Origin: Candidatus Moraniibacteriota bacterium | Lineage (GTDB): Bacteria > Patescibacteriota > Minisyncoccia > Moranbacterales > UBA2206 | DNA length: 64,000 nt | NCBI GenBank assembly: GCA_003483065.1 | Contig: DMWY01000018.1 | Span: 8,160-72,159, forward strand | Reading direction: 5' to 3' | Shown here: piece by piece, positions 57,273 to 64,000 of the stretch | Layout of the letters: each line of letters begins with the position of its first letter | How positions within the stretch are numbered: the first letter of the stretch is position 1 | The notes under the pieces: model-generated | The model's input: only the letters and a program-made list of their open reading frames with translations | Database searches by the model: none | What the model was told of the DNA's origin: nothing | Position numbers and translations under genes: made by a program

Positions 57273-58670
57273 CTATTTTATCATCCTAACCACCTCCCTA
57301 AATTTATCCCCTCGATCAAATTCATTAGTGAAAAGTCCAAAGCTGGCCGAGCCAGGAGAGAGAAGAATTATATCTCCTTTCTCTGCTAATGCCATTGCTA
57401 ATTCCACTGCCTTTTCCATCGACTCCGCTACTTTTAAATTTTCCAAATCTAAACAATTATCTGTTTTTTTCATTTCTGTAATTATTTCATCTGTCGATTG
57501 TCCTTTTAGAAAAACTACACCCTTCACTTTTTTGCAAATAGTTTTCGCAAATTCTGCCATATTCAAATTCTTGTTCGATCCGCCACAAATCAAAATAATT
57601 GGCTCCAAAAAAGAATTCAAAGCAGAAATTCCTGCTTCTGGCGTAGTTGCCGCCGTATCATTTATATATTTAACCCCTCCTATTTCTCTCACAAATTCCA
57701 ACCTATGCGCTACACCAGAAAATTCTATGATAGCTTTTTTGATTATCTCTATTTTTATTCCCATTGAAACAGCTACCGCTATGGCCGCCATAATATTCGC
57801 CCTGTTATGCTTTCCAATTAATTTTATTTCTTCCAAATCAATAATCTTTTTTTCATCAATTCCATTGTTGAAAAAAATACTTTCATTTTCAATATATACT
57901 CCATCCCCCTCTAAAATTTTATCTTTTGAAAATTTGATCAGGTGACTTTTTATCTCCACTTCAAAATTTTTCATATCCTCATTATCACCATTTATCACAC
58001 AGGTATCTTCTTTATTTTGAAACAAAAATATATTCTTCTTGTCTGCGATATAATCCTCCATTGATTTATAATAATTCAAATGATCTGGATAAATATTGGT
58101 AAAAACTGAAATTTTTGGGCTAATTTTAGCTCTTCTAAGAGCTGACAGGCGCCAGCTAGAAAGCTCAAAAATAACAATAGTGTCATCCTTTAATTCTTTT
58201 AATTTATCCAGAACTGAAGTTTGACCAATTCCAACTTTAATCGGATTTTTTCCAGCTACTCTCAGAATTTCATAAATCAAACTAGCTGTGGTAGTTTTCC
58301 CTTTCGTACCAGTCACTCCCACAATTTGATTTTTGCAAAGCTTAAAGAATAAACTAGAATCAACCTCCACTGGAATTTTATTTTCGAGAGCTAATTTAAT
58401 TTGTTTATTATCCCAAGGCACTGGCGGAGTTTTAATTATCATATCAGCGCTAACAAAATCTTCCGGTCGATGTTGTTGAAAAACATAAGAAATATTTTTC
58501 AAATCTTTTAATTTCTCAAGCGAAGAGGCTAATTCTTCTTTAGATTTTAAATCTGTTACTGTAATTTTCGCTCCTGCCTCAGATAAAAAACGAACGGTTC
58601 CCACACCGCCCCCATGAAGCCCTAGCCCCATAACTGTAATTTTTTTATTTTTTAAATCAGTAATTTGCAT
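57273..58670 (-). CDS. murD: UDP-N-acetylmuramoyl-L-alanine--D-glutamate ligase
   Basis: N-terminal VMGLGLHGGG, Mur ligase central GTKGKTTT and C-terminal domains. Confidence 0.9.
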   Translation of the reverse strand: MQITDLKNKKITVMGLGLHGGGVGTVRFLSEAGAKITVTDLKSKEELASSLEKLKDLKNISYVFQQHRPEDFVSADMIIKTPPVPWDNKQIKLALENKIPVEVDSSLFFKLCKNQIVGVTGTKGKTTTASLIYEILRVAGKNPIKVGIGQTSVLDKLKELKDDTIVIFELSSWRLSALRRAKISPKISVFTNIYPDHLNYYKSMEDYIADKKNIFLFQNKEDTCVINGDNEDMKNFEVEIKSHLIKFSKDKILEGDGVYIENESIFFNNGIDEKKIIDLEEIKLIGKHNRANIMAAIAVAVSMGIKIEIIKKAIIEFSGVAHRLEFVREIGGVKYINDTAATTPEAGISALNSFLEPIILICGGSNKNLNMAEFAKTICKKVKGVVFLKGQSTDEIITEMKKTDNCLDLENLKVAESMEKAVELAMALAEKGDIILLSPGSASFGLFTNEFDRGDKFREVVRMIK

Positions 58671-58675
58671 AAAAA

Positions 58676-60247
58676 CTATCTTTTTATAACGCGCCCATTC
58701 CTCATTCCCGCATATTTCCCTTCTTGAATAACCATTCTACCATTTACAAAAGAATAATCAACTCCTCGTGAATATTGATAGGGTCGGTCTTTCTCAGAAG
58801 GGCTAGAAATCTTGTCTCGGTCTAGCACTAAAACATCGGCAAAAAATCCTTTTGCCAATTTCCCTCTCTTGGCAACTCCGAATTTTTCCGCAGGATATGA
58901 TGTCATTTTTCGAATTGCTTCCTCCATGGTGATTATTTTTTCTTGCAAAACATATTTTTCCAAAACTTTGATGAAAGTTCCAAAAGATCTCGGGTGAACT
59001 AGCTCTCCAGTTTTCGCGTGATTCAAGCTATAGCCTGCCCCATTGGACGCAATCATTGAAAGTGGGTGAATGATTGCTTGTCTAATATTATCTTCGCTTA
59101 AAACTTCCATTGAAGTTATCACTCGCCCTTCTGAAGCAATCAAAATATCGACAATCGCTTCTTCTACTGTTTTGTTTTGCGAAATTGCAATATCTGTTAT
59201 TTTTCGACGCGTCAAAGTTTTGTCTAGAGAGCTGGTGGCAATTTCAATTTTCTTATATTCAAAACCGGATTTTTTCATCTCAGCTATAACTTTTGTTCGA
59301 ATGATTGGGTCTTTCAATCGATGAATCATTATCTTCCTCCCGCCTTCTGCTACCCAAGAGGGAAGCATGGCATAGAGCACTGAACCAGTATTGGTGTAGG
59401 GATAAACATCGAAAGAAATATCTATCCCCGCCTCTTTGGCGCGGGATATATGCGCCAGTGCTTCTTCCATTTTTCCCCAATTTTTTTTGCCCATCACTTT
59501 GAGATGAGCAATATGTAATTTCATTTTGACTTCTTGCCCAATTTTTATCGCCTCTTCAATTGATTCAACAACCCCCTGGGCTTCATCGCGAATATGTGTC
59601 ACATAAACTCCGCCGTATTTTTTGACAATATTAGCCAAATCTTTGAGTTCTTCCCCAGAAGCCAAACGAGCATGAGTATAAATAAGACCAGTTGAAAGTC
59701 CAAGCGCTCCCGCCTTCATTGAATCTTGAAACATTTTTTCAATAAATTTCAATTCTTTGGAATTTGGCGAACGCAATTCATCCTTCAAAATTCCCCGACG
59801 CAAATTTTCATGCCCTACCAGTGTTGCAAAATTAACTGAGAGTTTTTTCAGCTCTAATACTTTTAGAAATTCCTTGAGTGTGAGCCAATTAAAACTAATA
59901 TTTTTGAGATCTATCCATTTTTGAATTGACTCCATTGCAAGAGGCGTAGCCAATGGTGCCAAAGATGATCCACAAGCTCCACCAACAATTGTGGTGATGC
60001 CTTGATAGGCCAAACTTTCCAAATTAGGATTCAAAAATATCTGCCAATGGGTGTCAGAATGATTGTTAATATCCACAAACCCCGGACAAACAATTTTTCC
60101 GCTCGCATTGATTTCAATTTCTCCTTTTTCATTGTGCAACTCCCCAATTTTTACAATTTTATCCTCTTTAATCGCCACATCCGCCAAGAAAGGCACACTC
60201 CCCGTGCCATCAATCACATGACCATTTTTAATTAGAATATCGTACAT
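58676..60247 (-). CDS. N-acyl-D-amino-acid deacylase (D-aminoacylase) family amidohydrolase
   Basis: MYDILIKNGHVIDGTG...CPGFVDINNHSDTH metal-binding HxH, about 520 aa. Typical D-aminoacylase architecture. Confidence 0.75.
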   Translation of the reverse strand: MYDILIKNGHVIDGTGSVPFLADVAIKEDKIVKIGELHNEKGEIEINASGKIVCPGFVDINNHSDTHWQIFLNPNLESLAYQGITTIVGGACGSSLAPLATPLAMESIQKWIDLKNISFNWLTLKEFLKVLELKKLSVNFATLVGHENLRRGILKDELRSPNSKELKFIEKMFQDSMKAGALGLSTGLIYTHARLASGEELKDLANIVKKYGGVYVTHIRDEAQGVVESIEEAIKIGQEVKMKLHIAHLKVMGKKNWGKMEEALAHISRAKEAGIDISFDVYPYTNTGSVLYAMLPSWVAEGGRKIMIHRLKDPIIRTKVIAEMKKSGFEYKKIEIATSSLDKTLTRRKITDIAISQNKTVEEAIVDILIASEGRVITSMEVLSEDNIRQAIIHPLSMIASNGAGYSLNHAKTGELVHPRSFGTFIKVLEKYVLQEKIITMEEAIRKMTSYPAEKFGVAKRGKLAKGFFADVLVLDRDKISSPSEKDRPYQYSRGVDYSFVNGRMVIQEGKYAGMRNGRVIKR

Positions 60248-60256
60248 AAGTTTTAT

Positions 60257-61249
60257 TTATTTACAAATAAACTCTGCCATCTCAACCAGTCGATTGGAAT
60301 ATCCCCATTCGTTATCATACCAACCCACCACTTTCACAAGGTTTCCATTAGCCATCGTGAGAGGCAAATCCACAATAGCGCTACTTGCATTACCTTTAAA
60401 ATCCATTGAAACTAATTCTCCTTCACTCACTGCCAAAATATTTTTTAGTCCATTTTTCACAGCTTCCCTGAAAGCATTATTTATTTCTTCCACAGATGTT
60501 TCTGTTTTGACATTACAAATAAAATCAACAATGGAAACAGTTGGTGTTGGCACGCGTAGCGATATGCCATCCAATTTTCCTGCTAGATGCGTCATGACCT
60601 TCCCTACAGTTTTCGCTGCGCCCGTAGTAGTCGGGATAATGTTAAGTGCGGCTGCTCGCGCTCGACGCAAATCATCATGAGGCAAATCTTGCAAGCGCTG
60701 ATCATTAGTATATGAATGAGTGGTTGTCATAAAACCTTTTTCCACGCCAAAATTTTCATCCAAGACTTTTATCATCGGTGCCAAACAATTTGTAGTGCAA
60801 GAACCATTGGAAATAATGGTTTCATTTTTGTATTCATTTTCATTTACTCCCAAAAGATAAACTGGGGTGTCATCTTTGGCCGGCGCTGAAAGGATAACTT
60901 TTTTTGCGCCCGCGTCAATGTGTTTTTGGGCTTTTTCTTTGTTGTTAAAAACTCCGCTACATTCCAAAACCACATCCACTCCCAAATCTCCCCACGGCAA
61001 ATTCGCTGGATCCTTTTCCATGAAATATTTTATCCTCGTTCCGGAGACTATTAATTCTGAATTTTCTTCATCCACCACCACTTCTTTGCCATAAGTGCCA
61101 TAACTTGAATCATATTTCAAAAGATGCGCCGCAGTTTTGATATCCGTCAGATCATTTATCGCCACAATCTCCACATCATCTTTTTTGAAAGCGATTTTGA
61201 AACTTGGTCGACCAATTCGACCGAAACCGTTGATAGCTATCTTAATCAT
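60257..61249 (-). CDS. gap: Glyceraldehyde-3-phosphate dehydrogenase
   Basis: INGFGRIGR NAD motif, catalytic SCTTNCLAP. Confidence 0.95.
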   Translation of the reverse strand: MIKIAINGFGRIGRPSFKIAFKKDDVEIVAINDLTDIKTAAHLLKYDSSYGTYGKEVVVDEENSELIVSGTRIKYFMEKDPANLPWGDLGVDVVLECSGVFNNKEKAQKHIDAGAKKVILSAPAKDDTPVYLLGVNENEYKNETIISNGSCTTNCLAPMIKVLDENFGVEKGFMTTTHSYTNDQRLQDLPHDDLRRARAAALNIIPTTTGAAKTVGKVMTHLAGKLDGISLRVPTPTVSIVDFICNVKTETSVEEINNAFREAVKNGLKNILAVSEGELVSMDFKGNASSAIVDLPLTMANGNLVKVVGWYDNEWGYSNRLVEMAEFICK

Positions 61250-61280
61250 AATTTTTGAATTTTTGAATTTTGTAATTTTT

Positions 61281-61377
61281 AAATAATTTCTAATGTTTTA
61301 ATGTTTAAAAATTAAGAAATTAAGATTTATTTACAAAATTAAGAATTATAAAATTTAAAAATTTTCTGCTTTAATTA
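61281..61377 (+). repeat. AT-rich roughly 95-bp repeat, copy B (between hypA-like gene and gap)
   Basis: About 90% identical to 22468..22557. Contains a duplicated taatgttt unit. Confidence 0.7.
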
Positions 61378-61647
61378 TACCTCTATATTAGTTATTCTCC
61401 AATTTTCTCCCGCAATTTTTTTGATGTTGAATTTCACACCTTTAAATTCAGTGTTTTTTGCGATGCTTTCGAGTCCAAATTGCAAATTTTCCAAGGAGAT
61501 ATCTTCGGTATGCTCAGGAAATCCGTCGTGCGACAATGCGATTGTTCCAATCTCCACATTCACACTGCGAATATTCCCAAGTTTTTTTTCTTGAGTTATT
61601 ATTTTTAGCTCGTCAATTATTTCTTTGGCAAGTAAAAAGTCATGCAT
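61375..61647 (-). CDS. HypA-like hydrogenase nickel-insertion protein, N-terminal domain only (no zinc-finger)
   Basis: MHDFLLAKEIIDELKII...VNVEIGTIALS resembles the HypA N-terminus. Only 90 aa, and the C-terminal CxxC...CxxC is absent. Confidence 0.4.
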   Translation of the reverse strand: MHDFLLAKEIIDELKIITQEKKLGNIRSVNVEIGTIALSHDGFPEHTEDISLENLQFGLESIAKNTEFKGVKFNIKKIAGENWRITNIEV

Positions 61648-61703
61648 GCGAATTTTGTCTTTGAGCGATAGCGAAAAGCTACAAAATTGAGCACCCCGCA
61701 GAA

Positions 61704-61815
61704 ATTCGCTCTTGAAATATAAATTATTTAAAAACTAAGCCGTAGGCGTCTACGCACACAAATCCATACGTTACACTAATTTTTATTGGAATTTTGTGCG
61801 GGGTAATCACACTAA
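61704..61815 (-). repeat. Operon-internal repeat E, copy 1 (between SOR and hypA-like genes)
   Basis: aattcgct...aaactaagccgtaggcgtctacgcacacaaa...ttggaattttgtgcggggtaatcacac. Paired with 62250..62360. Confidence 0.6.
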
Positions 61816-61822
61816 AAACTAT

Positions 61823-62200
61823 TTATTCTTTCCACAACCCATGCACATTACAATAGGCTCTTGCTTCAATATGCTCGGCTTCCAAACAAAATTCCGCTGA
61901 TGGTTCTTGTCCTGGTTCCAAATGCTTCCTATAGACTCGATGTTCTGTGATTACTTCAATCCATTCGATATAATGCTCGGATGTCATTGGATGTGGAATT
62001 TTTCCCACACTCACAATCACTCCAATGGCTGTTCTTTCGATTACCGGCACGTGTTTTTCCATGCCTTCATCTTGAGTTTTTTCTTGCTTGAGCTCCATCG
62101 GTTGTCCACAACAAACCAACTCACCTACTCCAGTGTGAACCATTTCCACAATGTTCCCGCAAACATTGCATTTATAAATTTGATTTAACTCGGTTGCCAT
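61823..62200 (-). CDS. dfx: Desulfoferrodoxin-type superoxide reductase (2Fe-SOR)
   Basis: N-terminal desulforedoxin site KCNVCGN...CCGQPM and C-terminal neelaredoxin His/Cys site (HVPVI...EHYIEW...CNVHGLW). Confidence 0.8.
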   Translation of the reverse strand: MATELNQIYKCNVCGNIVEMVHTGVGELVCCGQPMELKQEKTQDEGMEKHVPVIERTAIGVIVSVGKIPHPMTSEHYIEWIEVITEHRVYRKHLEPGQEPSAEFCLEAEHIEARAYCNVHGLWKE

Positions 62201-62249
62201 TTTTGTCTGCGAAGTATGAGCAAGGAACGTTTAGGAGCATCCCTGCACT

Positions 62250-62360
62250 AATTCGCTATAAATAATTATGTTAATTATAAACTAAGCCGAAGGCGACCAC
62301 GCGCACAAAACCAAATACTAAATTAAATTTTAATTGGAATTAGTGCGGGACACCACAATC
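62250..62360 (-). repeat. Operon-internal repeat E, copy 2 (between hydrogenase large subunit and SOR genes)
   Basis: aattcgct...aaactaagccgaaggcgaccacgcgcacaaaa...ttggaattagtgcgggacaccacaatc. Confidence 0.6.
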
Positions 62361-63620
62361 TCAATGCACTGCACAACTTATACAAGGATCATAGGCTCGA
62401 ATAAAAGCCCGCAATTTTCGTTCGCGTGCCTTGCCTTTTAATTTTATGATTCCTGGAATATACCCAGCAATATCTTCTTCTAAATTAGACAAAACTTGCG
62501 CCGTCGGTGTAATTATGTTCACATTTCTAATATACCCCTTAGCATCAATTTCTGTGTGATAATAGAGAGTGCCTCTTGGAGCTTCCACGGCCGCTGCCCC
62601 CGAGCCCTCTCTAATTTCATACGGCCTCGTGAGAACTTTTTCCAAATCTGAATTTAAAATTTGTTTGATAAGATGCGAGGATTCTTCGATGGCATGAATT
62701 ACTTCCACCATTTGACATAGGATATTGTTGAAAGGATTATAATTAGGAAATTTCAATTCTAAACTACCAAGATATTTATGCGCCTCTGGTCGCAATTTTT
62801 TTCGGTTCAAGTTGATTCTAGCAATTGCTCCTACCATATAACTTTTTCCGTCATGTTCCACTCTTTTTATAATCTCTCTTTGTTTTTGCAATTCGTGAAA
62901 ATTATTCTCAAAACTACCCACGGGAATGTTGAGTCCCTGATTGGAAATAATATCTCCGTCATAAACTGCATACTTAGCCGGCGCTGACAAGCAAACGTAT
63001 TCTGTTTCTCGAGAAAATTCCGGCAGTTTTATTTTTCTGAAAAAATTTCCTAGCATAGACGCATCTTGCAAAATTTCACTAGAAGAAAAAACTAATTTTC
63101 TGAATTCTTCGCTATCCGGTATTCTTTTGAATCCGCCGACTTCATTGGTAAGTGGATGAATTACTCGTCCGCCAATCACTCTCACAATCTCCATTCCATA
63201 TTCGCGAATTCGCATGGCTATTTTTGTCTCCTTGGGATATTTTTCCACTAATTTTAAATCATTATCCATATCCAAAAAATCCGCTAGCGACAAAAAGAAA
63301 AGGTGCAGTGCATGCGAATGGATAATTTGTCCCAGCTCCATAATTTCACGAAGTTTTTTTGTTTCTTCACTCACGATTATTCCAAAAGCATTTTCAATAG
63401 ATTTTATAGCCGTTATATTATGTACTACCGGACAAATTCCACAAATTCTTTGTGCCACTACGGGCATATCGCTAAAGTGTCGACCAATCAAAACACCTTC
63501 GATAAGACGAATTCCTTCTTGAATTTCTAATTTAGAAGACTTAACATCCCCCTGAAGAACACTCGCCATAAATCCGGCGTGTCCTTCCATTTTTGCAATG
63601 TGATTAATTTTAATTTGCAT
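62361..63620 (-). CDS. [NiFe]-hydrogenase large subunit (small cytosolic group-3-like)
   Basis: N-terminal RICGICPVVH (RxCGxCxxxH) and C-terminal DPCISCAVH (DPCxxCxxH) Ni-Fe ligand motifs. 419 aa. Confidence 0.85.
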   Translation of the reverse strand: MQIKINHIAKMEGHAGFMASVLQGDVKSSKLEIQEGIRLIEGVLIGRHFSDMPVVAQRICGICPVVHNITAIKSIENAFGIIVSEETKKLREIMELGQIIHSHALHLFFLSLADFLDMDNDLKLVEKYPKETKIAMRIREYGMEIVRVIGGRVIHPLTNEVGGFKRIPDSEEFRKLVFSSSEILQDASMLGNFFRKIKLPEFSRETEYVCLSAPAKYAVYDGDIISNQGLNIPVGSFENNFHELQKQREIIKRVEHDGKSYMVGAIARINLNRKKLRPEAHKYLGSLELKFPNYNPFNNILCQMVEVIHAIEESSHLIKQILNSDLEKVLTRPYEIREGSGAAAVEAPRGTLYYHTEIDAKGYIRNVNIITPTAQVLSNLEEDIAGYIPGIIKLKGKARERKLRAFIRAYDPCISCAVH

Positions 63621-63636
63621 ACATTTATAAGTATTA

Positions 63637-64000
63637 TTATATCATCTTAACGCTCTTCTCTTCGATATCATCTCTGAGTCCATAAATTTCTGTTGCATTT
63701 TCAAATTCTTCTTCTGTCATCATGGTTTTTAGTGTAGCGCGCATCGCTGAAACATTCCCATTCGGACGAAGCCCCCGACAGCCTTGGCACATCATGCGCG
63801 AGCTTGGACAAACTGCATTGCAACCACCCAAAATCATTGGACCAAAGCATGGTTTTTTGTCGAGAAGAAGACAACGATTGCCCGCTTTTTTGCATTCCAC
63901 ACAAACTGGCTGATCGGGAATAACTGGAATATTATTTTTCAATAATTCCGGCATATATTTCAAAAATTCCTGTGCGGATATTGGACAGCCAGGAAAAACA
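63637..64000 (-). CDS. [NiFe]-hydrogenase small subunit, N-terminally truncated by window edge
   Basis: The ORF continues in frame past the reported TTG start to the window end (...VFPGCPISAQEFLKYMPELL). Multiple Cys clusters (CVECKK...CFGP...GGCNAVCPSS...CQGC) are typical of the FeS small subunit. Confidence 0.7.
   Translation of the reverse strand, partial: VFPGCPISAQEFLKYMPELLKNNIPVIPDQPVCVECKKAGNRCLLLDKKPCFGPMILGGCNAVCPSSRMMCQGCRGLRPNGNVSAMRATLKTMMTEEEFENATEIYGLRDDIEEKSVKMI

Noticed and set aside
1-64000. CRISPR array, rRNA genes, transposase/integrase genes
   Set aside because: No regularly spaced direct repeats with unique spacers were found. No ORF has a DDE/tyrosine/serine recombinase or Cas signature. 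There are no long GC-rich rRNA-like stretches. The only RNA genes recognised are the two tRNAs.

Overview
AT-rich (about one-third GC) bacterial chromosomal window read with the standard genetic code: the long ORFs are intact, so UGA is not being recoded. The gene content and compact organisation suggest an uncultivated small-genome lineage (CPR/Patescibacteria-like or similar), but the phylum cannot be assigned from sequence alone. About 60 protein genes are supported. They include translation and replication housekeeping (tgt partial, recO, ileS, argS, rnhB, dnaE, hup, thrS, miaB, miaA, gatB, the secE-nusG-rplK-rplA cluster, tRNA-Ile and tRNA-Ala). Metabolic and cell-wall genes are lysC-asd, ribH/ribE/riboflavin kinase, murI, murD, a D-aminoacylase and gap. 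There is an RND efflux pair, and a [NiFe]-hydrogenase / superoxide reductase / hypA-like operon at the right edge. Several large secreted or surface proteins are present (HYR, DUF11-like, vWA, CAP and SIMPL domains). Three things stand out. First, a roughly 50-bp two-hairpin palindromic element sits in frame inside four housekeeping genes (argS, rnhB, dnaE, miaB), with compensatory stem changes, resembling Rickettsia palindromic elements. Second, a 6.7-kb neighbourhood of nucleotide-metabolism genes carries a divergent ThyA-family enzyme, two phage-T4-gp1-like dNMP kinases, a dCMP-deaminase-family protein with an N-terminal extension, and HIT, NUDIX, HD-nucleotidase, DHFR-family, cytidylyltransferase and CYTH proteins. 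This resembles phage deoxynucleotide (hydroxymethyl-pyrimidine) modification pathways. Third, the genome is seeded with several structured repeat families: TGTCAT...ATGACA MITE-like elements, a roughly 200-bp hairpin repeat, CCTTACGAA-TIR elements, heptamer arrays inserted in frame in ileS and miaA, and an 80-bp duplication of the rnhB 3' end flanking a fic gene. A well-formed T-box leader precedes ileS and a weaker candidate precedes thrS. No CRISPR array, rRNA or transposase gene was found.
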